A DNA stretch of 64,000 nucleotides from Eledone cirrhosa (GCA_964016885.1 OZ024766.1:5022001-5086000), one strand, 5' to 3'; numbered from the stretch's first letter, positions 13,962-27,279 are shown. A program made the numbers and translations. The notes: generated from the sequence alone by a model not told the origin.

Positions 13962-14297
13962 GGGGGCACAAAGCTTAGTGGTTAGAGCATTGGCCTTGCA
14001 ATCGAAAGGTTGTGAGTTCAATTCCCAGACCAGAGATGTGTTGTTTCCTTGAGCAAGACACTTTATTTCACATTGCTCCAGTTTACTCAGCTGTAGAAAT
14101 GAGATGATAGGGACTGGGGTCCCTATCATTCCACTGTAAAGTGGTCATGGAGGTGCCACGGCAAAAAAGCACCCAGCCCTCACTGTAAATGAGATTGGTG
14201 TTAGAAAGGGCATCCAGCTGTAGAGATCAAGCCAGAATCAGTTCCCGTCCCACCCTTGCAAGCAGGGAAAAAGCGGTCGTAAAATGATGATGATGAT
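13962..14297 (+). mobile_element. SINE A, full length
   Basis: tRNA head, central domain and (ATG)n tail. Confidence 0.85.
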
Positions 14298-14534
14298 AGA
14301 TATATATATACACATACAGGGTGTCCCAAAAACACCCCTTTAAGACACGGTCACCCAACCAATCTTGCCTCAAGTGGAACAAATCTGTCCAACCCATGAT
14401 AGCGTGGAAGATGGACGTTAAACAATGATATGTGTTAAACAATAATATGTGCATATATATACTTATATATACATACTTATATTTAAGTAACAGCCGTACT
14501 AAGAGAAATGAAATTTCCTTTCATTTTTTCCGTG

Positions 14535-14567
<33 letters not shown>

Positions 14568-14664
14568 GAGTGTGTGTATTAGTACATGGTATTAGGAAAG
14601 GCTTCCAGCCAAAGAAACCAGGCCAGGGTGAGAAAGATGTGGTCACCTGACAGCTTATCAACAC

Positions 14665-17580
14665 CATGTGTCTAACACACGTGGGCATGCCTACAAAGTC
14701 AGAAAACAGCACAGCTCCCATGACTTTCGGAAACATTTCTTCACGTTCAGAGTTGCTGAAGCATGGTACAAACTCCCTGCATCAGTTGTTAGCTGTCGAG
14801 ACACTGCATCCTTTAAAACCTCCATGGAACAAACTACCTGCATCAGTTGTTAGCTGTTGAGACACTGCATCCTTTAAAACCTCCATGGAACAAACTACCT
14901 GCATCAGTTGTTAGCTGTCGAGACACTGCATCCTTTAAAACCTCCATGGAACAAACTACCTGCATCAGTTGTTAGCTGTTGAGACACTGCATCCTTTAAA
15001 ACCTCCATGGAACAAACTACCTGCGTCAGTTGTTAGCTGTCGAGACACTGCATCCTTTAAAACCTCCATGGAACAAACTGCCTGCATCAGTTGTTAGCTG
15101 TCGAGACACTGCATCCTTTAAAACTTCCATGGAACAAACTACCTGCATCAGTTGTTAGCTGTCGAGACACTGCATCCTTTAAAACTTCCATGGAACAAAC
15201 TACCTGCATCAGTTGTTAGCTGTCGAGACACTGCATCCTTTAAAACTTCCATGGAACAAACTACCTGCATCAGTTGTTAGCTGTCGAGACACTGCATCCT
15301 TTAAAACCTCCATGGAACAAACTACCTGCATCAGTTGTTAGCTGTCGAGACACTGCATCCTTTAAAACTTCCATGGAACAAACTACCTGCATCAGTTGTT
15401 AGCTGTCGAGACACTGCATCCTTTAAAACCTCCATGGAACAAACTACCTGCATCAGTTGTTAGCTGCCGAGACACTGTATCCTTTAAAACCTCCATGGAA
15501 CAAACTACCTGCATCAGTTGTTAGCTGTCGAGACACTGCATCCTTTAAAACCTCCATGGAACAAACTACCTGCATCAGTTGTTAGCTGTCGAGACACTGC
15601 ATCCTTTAAAACCTCCATGGAACAAACTACCTGCATCAGTTGTTAGCTGTCGAGACACTGCATCCTTTAAAACCTCCATGGAACAAACTACCTGCATCAG
15701 TTGTTAGCTGTCGAGACACTGCATCCTTTAAAACCTCCATGGAACAAACTACCTGCATCAGTTGTTAGCTGTCGAGACACTGCATCCTTTAAAACCTCCA
15801 TGGAACAAACTACCTGCATCAGTTGTTAGCTGTCGAGACACTGCATCCTTTAAAACTTCCATGGAACAAACTACCTGCATCAGTTGTTAGCTGTCGAGAC
15901 ACTGCATCCTTTAAAACCTCCATGGAACAAACTACCTGCATCAGTTGTTAGCTGTCGAGACACTGCATCCTTTAAAACCTCCATGGAACAAACTACCTGC
16001 ATCAGTTGTTAGCTGCCGAGACACTGTATCCTTTAAAACCTCCATGGAACAAACTACCTGCATCAGTTGTTAGCTGTCGAGACACTGCATCCTTTAAAAC
16101 CTCCATGGAACAAACTACCTGCATCAGTTGTTAGCTGTCGAGACACTGCATCCTTTAAAACCTCCATGGAACAAACTACCTGCATCAGTTGTTAGCTGTC
16201 GAGACACTGCATCCTTTAAAACCTCCATGGAACAAACTACCTGCATCAGTTGTTAGCTGTCGAGACACTGCATCCTTTAAAACCTCCATGGAACAAACTA
16301 CCTGCATCAGTTGTTAGCTGTCGAGACACTGCATCCTTTAAAACCTCCATGGAACAAACTACCTGCATCAGTTGTTAGCTGTCGAGACACTGCATCCTTT
16401 AAAACCTCCATGGAACAAACTACCTGCATCAGTTGTTAGCTGTCGAGACACTGCATCCTTTAAAACCTCCATGGAACAAACTACCTGCATCAGTTGTTAG
16501 CTGTCGAGACACTGCATCCTTTAAAACCTCCATGGAACAAACTACCTGCATCAGTTGTTAGCTGTCGAGACACTGCATCCTTTAAAACCTCCATGGAACA
16601 AACTACCTGCATCAGTTGTTAGCTGTCGAGACACTGCATCCTTTAAAACTTCCATGGAACAAACTACCTGCATCAGTTGTTAGCTGTCGAGACACTGCAT
16701 CCTTTAAAACCTCCATGGAACAAACTACCTGCATCAGTTGTTAGCTGTCGAGACACTGCATCCTTTAAAACCTCCATGGAACAAACTACCTGCATCAGTT
16801 GTTAGCTGTCGAGACACTGCATCCTTTAAAACCTCCATGGAACAAACTACCTGCATCAGTTGTTAGCTGTCGAGACACTGCATCCTTTAAAACCTCCATG
16901 GAACAAACTACCTGCATCAGTTGTTAGCTGTCGAGACACTGCATCCTTTAAAACCTCCATGGAACAAACTACCTGCATCAGTTGTTAGCTGTCGAGACAC
17001 TGCATCCTTTAAAACCTCCATGGAACAAACTACCTGCATCAGTTGTTAGCTGTCGAGACACTGCATCCTTTAAAACCTCCATGGAACAAACTACCTGCAT
17101 CAGTTGTTAGCTGTCGAGACACTGCATCCTTTAAAACCTCCATGGAACAAACTACCTGCATCAGTTGTTAGCTATTGAGACACTGCATCCTTTAAAACCT
17201 CCATGGAACAAACTACCTGCATCAGTTGTTAGCTATTGAGACACTGCATCCTTTAAAACCTCCATGGAACAAACTACCTGCATCAGTTGTTAGCTATTGA
17301 GACACTGCATCCTTTAAAACCTCCATGGAACAAACTACCTGCATCAGTTGTTAGCTGTCGAGACACTGCATCCTTTAAAACCTCCATGGAACAAACTACC
17401 TGCATCAGTTGTTAGCTATTGAGACAGTGCATCCTTTAAAACCTCCATGCTTCCTGAAATTCACCAATACTACACCTAATATTCCCCCTCCGTACACATG
17501 CATGCATGTTTATTTATCTATCTATCTATCTATCTGTCTACCATGACTCATACACTGTTCACTTTCCTGACATTTGTACA
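14665..17580 (+). mobile_element. CR1/L2-type LINE 3' fragment with a 59-bp array (about 45 units, 14765-17450)
   Basis: SNTRGHAYKVRKQHSSHDFRKHFFTFRVAEAW, then the array, then the 3' UTR; inverted relative to the copy at 4373-6105. Confidence 0.9.
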
Positions 17581-17582
17581 TA

Positions 17583-17757
17583 GGCGGTGGACTGGCAGTA
17601 TCGGTAGAGGGTCGGACGCCATGCTTTGATGCATAGAGTTACGGCCCTTGCCATTCTGAGTTCAAATCCCGTCGAGGTTAACTTTGCCTTTCATCCTTAC
17701 GGGGTCGAATGCACTAGGTAATTGCTGGCCTTGTGCCAAAAGTAGAAACGATTATTA
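17583..17757 (+). mobile_element. tRNA-derived SINE (family B)
   Basis: GGCGGTGGACTGGCAGTATCGGTAGAG...GAGTTCAAATCCC...AACTTTGCCTTTCATCC; other copies at 27335-27460, 54655-54835, 55495-55680 and 61415-61560. Confidence 0.78.
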
Positions 17758-17799
17758 AACAGAGATCTGGTGCAATACCCAGGTCCCACTTCCTACTTG

Positions 17800-17920
17800 C
17801 CAGTTACTATGGAGGACATTTGTCCTAAGCCGCCTGGACTATTGCTCCCAGCTGTGGTTACCCCATAGTATCAAACTAACCACGGAGCTTGAGTCAATCC
17901 AACGAAGCTACACCAAGAGG
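17800..17920 (+). mobile_element. CR1/L2-type LINE RT C-terminal fragment (second family)
   Basis: LLWRTFVLSRLDYCSQLWLPHSIKLTTELESIQRSYTKR. Confidence 0.7.
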
Positions 17921-18428
17921 ACTGTGTTTTTTTTGCCTGACCCATGCTAGAATGCAATGTACCAGTACATGCAGTGGATAGCTATGGTTGTGGGTTGATA
18001 TGTGAAGGTTGAAGAGGGAGACTTGTTACGCTGGGGTTTCTTCCGTTCACCACGGGGTCACCAGACAAGAAGACGTCTGGTGACCAGATAAGACGTCTGG
18101 TGACCAGATAAGACGTCTGGTGACCCTATGGTGAACGGGAAAAAACCCCAGAGTAACAAGACTCATATACGTGTGTGTAAAAGACACACACGTATATAAA
18201 GTGCATACATAAATATAGACACACATACACACATATATATAGACATTGATATATATATATATATATATATAGATATATAGACACATATACATACACACAC
18301 ATATATAGACATTCATATATACATATAGACACGTATACACACACACACACACATATATAGACATTGATATATATATATACATATAGATATATAGACACAT
18401 ACATACACACACACATATATATAGACAT

Positions 18429-18475
<47 letters not shown>

Positions 18476-19020
18476 TATATACATATAGATATATAGACAC
18501 ATATACATACACACACACATATAGACATTCATATATACATATAGATATATAGACACGTATACATACACACACACATATATAGACATTCATATATACATAT
18601 AGATATATAGACACGTATACACACACACACACATACATATATAGACATTCATATATATACATACATATAGATATATAGACACATATACATACACACACAT
18701 ACTTATACGCACATATATACAAATACATATATGCATACACACATATATATACACACACATATTTTAAAAGCTCCCACTATTCATGGGTTCCCCCTCTTGG
18801 GATACTTTCATAGATATTTATATACACACTGGAATAATATATATATACATACACACGTATATCTATCTATATCTATATATATATATAGAGACGGCAAGGT
18901 TATATATATATATATATACACGTGTATATATATATATATATAACATGTTTTTAGTCCCAAAAGAAAGGAGTGTTAAATGTTCATAAAGATAGTGTGTATG
19001 TATGTGTGTATGTATGTGTG

Positions 19021-19090
<70 letters not shown>

Positions 19091-19091
19091 A

Positions 19092-19137
<46 letters not shown>

Positions 19138-19435
19138 TCCCCTCTCTCTCTCTATAGAGAGAGAGAGGATGAGAGAGAGAGAGAGGGAGAGAGAGACAGA
19201 GAGAGAGAGAGGGGATGTGTGTGTGTATATATACATATATATACACATATATATATGCATACATGCATCTATGTATATATATATATATATACACACACAG
19301 ACATATATATACATGCATATATATATGCATATATATATACATATATGATATGTATGTTTATATAACCTTGGCCAATATCTTTTACCCAGAAATGTGAGAT
19401 CATACACACATACACACATATATCTATATATGATC

Positions 19436-19485
<50 letters not shown>

Positions 19486-19683
19486 ATATTCTGATGTAAG
19501 ATGCATTAGAAGTATATATATATATATATATATAGATTCCTGATGATTTCTAAAGAATGAAACAGTTCTAGTCCTGTAGAATCTCATCTATATTAAAACT
19601 TATATATATAAATATATATAAACTTCTAATGCATCTTACATCAGAATATACACACATACACACACACATATATATATATATAA

Positions 19684-19718
<35 letters not shown>

Positions 19719-19931
19719 CAAGTGGAAGCTTAGTGAAATCGAAGCTTTGGCTCAGGCCAAGCAAAGTCGACCTATAATAAGGAATGAGTAGCAAAGCACT
19801 CAACAAGGGTTAGGTCCTTAGAGTAATAACATTACGTTTAAAGAGCTTGACAAATTGAACATCGTGGTAGGCAAAACCCAACCATATAATACCAAAGTAA
19901 CGAAAGAACTAACAGATATATATATATATAT

Positions 19932-20123
19932 GGGAATAAGTATGACCCCGACGGCAGAGATCAAGCCGTTTCGACGGCTAATTCTGGACTGATTTAGCCG
20001 CCGAAACGGCGTGAGCTCTGCCGTCGGGGTCATACTTGTTCCTATTACCCACTCTACTACCCTAAGTATTGAGTACTTTGGTGCGTTATGGTCCACCTGG
20101 TTCCTTACCACATTTCCTTCGTT
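19932..20123 (-). mobile_element. Hairpin-ended interspersed element (family H), copy 1; strand is relative orientation only
   Basis: About 50-bp-arm palindrome plus an 80-bp unique tail, embedded in (TA)n; four copies in the window. Confidence 0.75.
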
Positions 20124-20134
20124 ATATATATATT

Positions 20135-20168
<34 letters not shown>

Positions 20169-20341
20169 CATATATATATATATATATATACATATATATA
20201 TACAGTATATATATATATATATAAAAGGAGCAGGTTTTCTGTCAAACATGTAATATAGGAAACGGGACCGCCTGGTTTTCTTGAATGATTTATATATATA
20301 TATACATAGATACATACATACATGTATATATATATATATAT

Positions 20342-20535
20342 AGCGAGGGAAAAGTGGTAAGGAACCAGGTGGACCATAACGCACCAAAGTACTCAATACT
20401 TAGGGTAGTAGAGTGGGTAATAGGAGTAGGTAAGACCCCGACGGCTGAGCTCAAGCCGTTTCGACGGCTAATTCAGTACAGAATTAGCCGTCGAAACGGC
20501 TTGAGCTCAGCCGTCGGGGTCTTACCTACTCCTAT
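20342..20535 (+). mobile_element. Hairpin-ended element H, copy 2 (inverted relative to copy 1)
   Basis: Perfect arms of about 54 bp around the loop AGTACA (20421-20534). Confidence 0.78.
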
Positions 20536-20561
20536 ATATATATATATACATAGATACATAC

Positions 20562-20612
<51 letters not shown>

Positions 20613-20686
20613 AAAAGAGAGGGGGGGTACGTGTATATTAAACGATGTATGTTTATATTTATGTATGTATTATATATATGTGTGTG

Positions 20687-20717
<31 letters not shown>

Positions 20718-20783
20718 CGTGTATATACACACAATATATATATATATATATACACCTGTGTATATATATGTTATATAACTCAC

Positions 20784-20994
20784 CTGACTTCACAACAGAG
20801 ACGGCCTCTTCAGCGGAGACCCAGTTCTGCTGCCTCTCCGGATAAGGATGAAACGGTTCCATGGTCCCAGCATAAAACCCTCGGGTGGGGACATTACAGC
20901 ATGTAGCTGCCCTTTTCAACCCACATAGCCCCTGGGGTCCGATCTTAGTATGGAATCGGCTCGCCAGCCGGTTTAATACCCGTATCGAAGACAT
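20784..20994 (-). CDS. Acetyl-CoA hydrolase/CoA-transferase (4-hydroxybutyrate CoA-transferase/ASCT-like), coding exon 1 with probable mitochondrial presequence
   Basis: ATG at 20994; MSSIRVLNRLASRF...EPFHPYPERQQNWVSAEEAVSVVKS matches the family's N-terminal 'SAEEAV..VKSG' motif; GTGAG donor in phase 1; Arg/Ser-rich N-terminus lacking acidic residues. Confidence 0.88.
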
Positions 20995-21233
20995 CTCAGC
21001 TCCTTGTTTTAATTATGGGTTTTGGCGGGGTTTTCTTTTAGCGGGGTGGGTTTTAGCGGGGTGGGTTTTAGCGGGGGTTGGGTTTATGATGAATTTAATT
21101 AATTAATTAATTAATTAATTAAAAATTTAATAATTTGGTAAAGTTTTTCCGTATGAAGAAGATTGATGAAGAAGTAGGGGCATTAAATACCTCCTCAAAA
21201 TATTATATATGTTATTAATAAATAATAAAACTG

Positions 21234-21264
<31 letters not shown>

Positions 21265-21292
21265 ATATATATTGTATATATATATATGACAC

Positions 21293-21337
<45 letters not shown>

Positions 21338-21589
21338 TCCTTAAAATAATCCGTTAAAAATGAGTGTATGTATAGGATTTCTGTGGTGTGGCTCTGTTTT
21401 AGGGGTTTTCTGGGAGATTTTAAAGGATCGGTGGAAGAACCGGCTGGGACCTGTTTAAATTAAACCCTTTTCCCAATAAAAAAAGGGACCTTTAAGGTTT
21501 TTTTCTTTGGTGATTTCTGCTTTCGTAACGCCCTGGACACCTTTGGCAGACAATGTCAGATCCTGACACAACAGCAGTAGTTGTAGAGA

Positions 21590-23330
21590 GAGGGAGTGAT
21601 AGAGACGGTAAGAGATTGAGAGAGGAGGGAGAGACAGACGGTAGAGAGAGAGAAACGGTATAGAGAGGGAGTGATAGAGACGGTAAGAGATTGAGAGAGG
21701 AGGGAGAGACAGACGGTAGAGAGAGAGAAACGGTATAGAGAGAGGGTGGAGAGACGACAAGAGAGTGAGGGAGGGAGAGACAGACGGTAGGAGAGAGAGA
21801 GAGAGGGGGGAGGCAGAGAGACGGTATAGTGAGGGGGGAGGGAGAGACAGACGGTAGGTGAGAGAGAGCGAGGAAGGAGGGAGAGGGGAATTGCGGAAGA
21901 GAGAGAGAGAGACAAGAAATACAGAGAGGGGGAGAGATTGTGGAAGATAGAGAGGAAGGCGCCGGTTAGATGAAGAATATAGAGAGGGGGAGAGATTGTG
22001 GAAGATAGAGAGGAAGGCGCCGGTTGGATGAAGAATATAGAGAGGGGGAGAAGGAAAGAGTAAAAGTTAGATGTGAGGAGAAGGAGAGAATTGCTTGTAG
22101 AGTACGTAAAAAGAAAGAGGTGGTGGTGGTAGTAATGAGAGAGGAAGGGGAGAAAGAAACGGTGAAAGAATAAGAATAAGTAAGAGAGAGAGGGGAGAGT
22201 CCTATAGATAGACTAGACAATGTGACTGAGATGCACAAGAATCGCGAGAAGGGGAGAAAAATAATAGAGCAGAGCGTTTGGGTTGCACAATAGGAGATAG
22301 AGTAATAAATATGAAGGAGGGGAAGGGTTTAGAGAAGCATGACAGAGCGACGGGATTGCACAATAGGAGATAGAGTAATAAATATGAAGGAAGGGGAGGG
22401 TTTAGAGAAGCATGACAGAGCGACAGGGTTGCACAAGAGGAGAAAGAGTAATAAATATGAAGGAGGGGAAGGGTTTAGAGAAGCATAACAGAGCGACGGG
22501 GTTGCACAAGAGGAGAAAGAGTAATAAATATGAAGGAGGGGGAGGGTTTAGAGAAGCATGACAGAGCGACGGGGTTGCAGAAGAGGAGAAAGAGTAATAC
22601 ATATGAAGGAGGAGGAGGGTTTAGAGAAGCATAACAGAACGGCTAAGAGGAGAAAGAGTAATAAATATGAGGGAGGGGGAGTAGAAAGAAAGGCAGAAGT
22701 GTTAAAGTGTGAAGCAATGGCAACTGCAGCAGCGACATTGATACAAAGAGAGAGGGGGAGGCGGTATGTTATGTAGAATATGAAGGAGAGGGTGGCGTCA
22801 ACGGGAGAGAAAGTAAGAGCAACAATAGGAAGGAAGGGGGAGGAAGTAAGCAATGTAAAGTATGAAGGCGACGGTGGGGAGCTGCGACAACAGCAACAGT
22901 AGGAAGAAGGGGGGGAAGCAGTGTGTTATATAAATATGAAGGGGACGGTGGGGAAGAGTAGCAATAACAGTGGAAGGAAGGGAGGAGACTGTGTGTGTGT
23001 TATATAAATATAAAGGGGACAGTGGGGAAGAGTAACAATAACAGTGAAAGGAAGGGAGGAGACTGTGTGTGTTATATAAATATGAAGGGGACGGTGGGGA
23101 AGAGTAGCAATAACAACAATGGAAGGAAGGGAGGAGACTGTGTGTTATATAAATATGAAGGAGATGGCGGGGAGAGAGAGAGACTTGCATAATCATCATC
23201 ATCAACATCAACAGCAGTAACAAGGGAGGGGAAGCATGTGAGTTATATAAGGGGTCGGCGGTGACACCACCATCACCACTACCATCAGTAATAGAGGGAG
23301 AAAGGGAGAGAGGGTACATGTGTTATATAA
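21590..23330. repeat. Purine-rich (GA) degenerate tandem repeats with 60-75 bp units
   Basis: Reiterated gagtaataaatatgaaggaggggaagggtttagagaagcat and related units. Confidence 0.8.
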
Positions 23331-23379
23331 ACATCAAGGAGACGGCGTGACGTCATCACCAGCAGCAGGCTGAACGGAG

Positions 23380-24475
23380 ATGGTAGCGGCGGCGGTGGTA
23401 AAGGAGATGATGATGATGGTGGTGATGGTGGCGGTGGAATTTGCTATAAGGCGGAGGTGATGATGATGGTGATGGTGGTGGCGGTGGTGGTGGTGTAGCT
23501 GATGGTGGTGATGATGATGAAGCTGGTGGTGAGTGACGTATACGTGATGGTGGTGCTGTAGCTGATGGTGGTGGTGGTGATGAAGGTGGCGGCGGTGGTG
23601 GTGGTGGTGGCGGTGGTGTAGCTGATGGTGGTGATGGTGGTGGCGGTGGTGTTGGATGTATACGTGGTGGTGGTGGTGGTGTAGCTGATGGAGGTGGTGG
23701 TGATGATGATGAAGGTGGCGGCGGTGGTGGTGGTGGTGGATGTGGTAATGATGTAGAGCTGGTGGTGATGATGGCGGTGGCGGTGGTGTAGCTGATGGTG
23801 GTGAAGGTGGTGGCGGTGGTGATGAAGGTGGCGCTGGTGGTGGTGTAGCTGATGGTGGTGATGATGAAGGTGGCGGTGATGGTGGTGTAGCTGGTGGTGG
23901 TGGTGGTGGTGATGATGAAGGTGGCGGTGGTGGTGATGATGAAGGTGGCGGTGGTGGTGATGATGAAGGTGGCGGTGGTGTAGCTGATGGTGGCGGTGGT
24001 GGTGATGATGAAGGTGGCGGTGGTGTAGCTGATGGTGGTGGTGGTGGTGATGATGAAGGTGGCGGTGGTGTAGCTGATGGTGGTGGTGGTGATGATGAAG
24101 GTGGCGGTGGTGTAGCTGATGGTGGTGGTGGTGATGATGAAGGTGGCGGTGGTGTAGCTGATGGTGGTGGTGGTGATGATGAAGGTGGCGGTGGTGTAGC
24201 TGATGGTGGTGGTGGTGATGATGAAGGTGGCGGTGGTGTAGCTGATGGTGGTGGTGATGATGATGAAGGTGACGGTGGTGTAGCTGATGGTAGTGGTGGT
24301 GATGATGATGGCGGTGGTGTAGCTGATGGTGGCGGCGGTGGTGGTGGTGTAGCTGATGGTGGTGGTGGTGGTGGTGATGGTGGTGGTGGTGGTGATGATG
24401 AAGGTGTAGCTGATGGCGGTGGTGTAGCTGATGGTGGTGGTGGATGTGATAGTGGCGATGATGATGATGATGGCG
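23380..24475. repeat. (GGT/GAT/GGC)n trinucleotide-based minisatellite
   Basis: About 36-39 bp unit gatgatgaaggtggcggtggtgtagctgatggtggtggt. Confidence 0.85.
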
Positions 24476-25180
24476 ACGGGCGGCGGCGGAGGGGAGACGA
24501 AGAGAAGCCGTCGTTTAATTTACCGCCGAATGTTTTGACGTAAATAAAATTTAACAAAACTAATAATAGAGAGAGGAGTGGGGAGAGGAGAAGGACAGAT
24601 AAATAGATAGATTATAGAGAGGGGGGTGTAGAGAGAAAGACAGACTAATGAGAGTAGCGAGGGGGCAATAGCGAGAAGAGAAGCGAAGTAAGAGGGAGAT
24701 AGTAAAGAGAGAGAAGGATACATATAGAGAAAGAGAGAGGGAGAGAGACTGACAAACAGAAGAACGAGGGGGGAGTGAGAAGAGTGGCGGAAAGAAGAAG
24801 AGAGAGTGAAACATACATAAAGAGAGAGAGTGGATGTGAGAAGAGTAGTGGTATGAGGAAGGTAGTAAATAAAAAAAAAGGCGAGAGAGGGAGAAAGATA
24901 GAGAGAGATGTATATATATATATATAGAGAGAGAGGGTTGAGGTTGCGTGTAAAAATGGACGGAAAACGAAGCTCAATGTCACCTTAATTTAACTCCAGA
25001 CAAAAGAGCTTTTGAAATACAACACGGATGTACTGACAAGTGTAATAAATATATACATATACATATATACATAACAAGTGTATATATAAATAAATAAATA
25101 AATATATATATATATATATATATATTATAAAAAAAACGAGGAAGTTTCGTTTATATTTATAAGATGTTTATTGTAAATCG

Positions 25181-25273
25181 ACCTGTTACGTAGGTTTCGC
25201 AGAGTATTGGCTCAAGGTCGCGCAAAAAAGTTTTCGGCCCTGACTCTGTTATCGATCTGCTCTTCAGACTGGG
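25181..25273 (-). ncRNA. Hammerhead ribozyme-like motif with extended stem II
   Basis: Minus strand: GT-CTGAAGA-GCAGA...TCTGC-GAAA-CCTACG-TA-AC, then AATAAA. Confidence 0.5.
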
Positions 25274-25371
25274 ATGAATGTGATGTGACAAGACCTCGGT
25301 TTTTTGGGGTTTTTTTTTTTTTACTAATATATACACCTTACCTGTTCATGGACTGATTGTTTTGGTACCAA

Positions 25372-25408
<37 letters not shown>

Positions 25409-25587
25409 GAGGTTATATTTAATTTGTTGGGATTCAACAAGCTTAAAAATTTTATAACTGATATAAAGCACTCAACAGTTTAGTGGAGTAAATACACAAT
25501 ATATTAGTTTGCCTTGGTTGCCCTTGAAATACGTATAATAAAATAAATATAGTTTCCATTTATTAATATATTATATATAGATATATA

Positions 25588-27098
25588 TCATCATCATCAT
25601 CATCGTTTAACGTCCATGTTCCACACTTGCATGGGTTTGGACGGGAGTTTTCCCACTTGAGGCAAGAGTGGTTGTCTTGCTCGCATAGGACTGTCTGGTG
25701 GGTTTTCTACAGCTGGATGCCCTTCCTAACACCAACCACGTTTACAGTGTGGGACTGGGAGGTTTTTACCGTGTTGCCTACATGGCCACATTACAGCGTG
25801 GACTGTCTGGCGGGTTTTCTACGGCTGGATGCCCTTCCTAACACCAAACCACATTTACAGTGTGGGGCTGGGAGGTTTTTACCGTGTTGCCTACACGGCC
25901 ACATTACAGCGTGGACTGTCTGGCGGGTTTTCTACGGCTAGGTGCCCTTCCTAACACCAACCACATTTACAGTGTGGGGCTGGGAGGTTTTTACCATGTT
26001 ACCTACACGGCCACATTACAGCGTGGACTGTCTGGCGGGTTTTCTACAGCTGGATGCCCTTCCTAACACCAACCACATTTACAGTGTGGGACTGGGAGGT
26101 TTTTACCGTGTTGCCTACACGGCCACATTACAGCGTGGACTGTCTGGCGGGTTTTCTACGGCTGGATGCCCTTCCTAACACCAAACCACATTTACAGTGT
26201 GGGGCTGGGAGGTTTTTACCGTGTTGCCTACACGGCCACATTACAGCGTGGACTGTCTGGCGGGTTTTCTACAGCTGGATGCCCTTCCTAACACCAACCA
26301 CATTTACAGTGTGGGACTGGGAGGTTTTTACCGTGTTGCCTACACGGCCACATTACAGCGTGGACTGTCTGGCGGGTTTTCTACAGCTGGATGCCCTTCC
26401 TAACACCAACCACATTTACAGTGTGGGACTGGGAGGTTTTTACCGTGTTGCCTACACGGCCACATTACAGCGTGGACTGTCTGGCGGGTTTTCTACGGCT
26501 GGATGCCCTTCCTAACACCAACCACATTTACAGTGTGGGGCTGGGAGGTTTTTACCGTGTTGCCTACATGGCCATATTACAGCGTGGACTGTCTGGCGGG
26601 TTTTCTACGGCTGGATGCCCTTCCTAACACCAAACCACATTTACAGTGTGGGGCTGGGAGGTTTTTACCGTGTTACCTACACGGCCACATTACAGCGTGG
26701 ACTGTGTGGCAGATTTTCTACAGCTGGATGCCCTTCCTAACACCAACCACATTTACAGTGTGGGGCTGGGAGGTTTTTACCGTGTTGCCTACATGGCCAT
26801 ATTACAGCGTGGACTGTCTGGCGGGTTTTCTACGGCTGGATGCCCTTCCTAACACCAAACCACATTTACAGTGTGGGGCTGGGAGGTTTTTACCGTGTTA
26901 CCTACACGGCCACATTACAGCGTGGACTGTGTGTTTTTTTTGTCATGACACCTACACGATCTCATTTGTTTCGGCCTTGATGTTGTGACACCAACATAAC
27001 TTTACATTGAAAGGGGCGGTGTGGATGGGGTGGAGGTGGTGGGACGGGGGTGTATTTTGTTAGAGATGCCTACTGACTGTAGTAGGTTTTACTTTGTA
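25588..27098 (-). mobile_element. SINE-like element (family C) with an internal 112-bp array (about 11 units)
   Basis: Same ends as the single-unit copy at 28242-28630. Confidence 0.85.
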
Positions 27099-27099
27099 T

Positions 27100-27136
<37 letters not shown>

Positions 27137-27243
27137 GGAGAGAGAGAGAAAAAGAGAGAGATAATGTATGTATAATACAGCACAAAAAGTACAGTATATG
27201 GAAGAAATATATTAGTTTAGTGCTTGAAATAGCAGAAAGGGGG

Positions 27244-27279
27244 TCTTAACGTTTCGGGCGCTAGTCCTTCATCAGGAAA
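27244..27279 (-). ncRNA. Minimal hammerhead ribozyme-like motif (family HH1)
   Basis: CTGATGA-A-GGACTAGCGCCC-GAAA-CG-TTAAGA; one mismatch in stem II. Confidence 0.55.

Noticed and set aside
14765-17450. CRISPR-like regular array
   Set aside because: Units are contiguous and identical with no unique spacers, no cas genes, and eukaryotic LINE origin. The same applies to the other arrays.
23334-24557. 407-aa Pro/Ser/His-rich extensin-like ORF
   Set aside because: Trinucleotide low-complexity DNA open in several frames, non-ATG start, no convincing splice context; an exon cannot be fully excluded.
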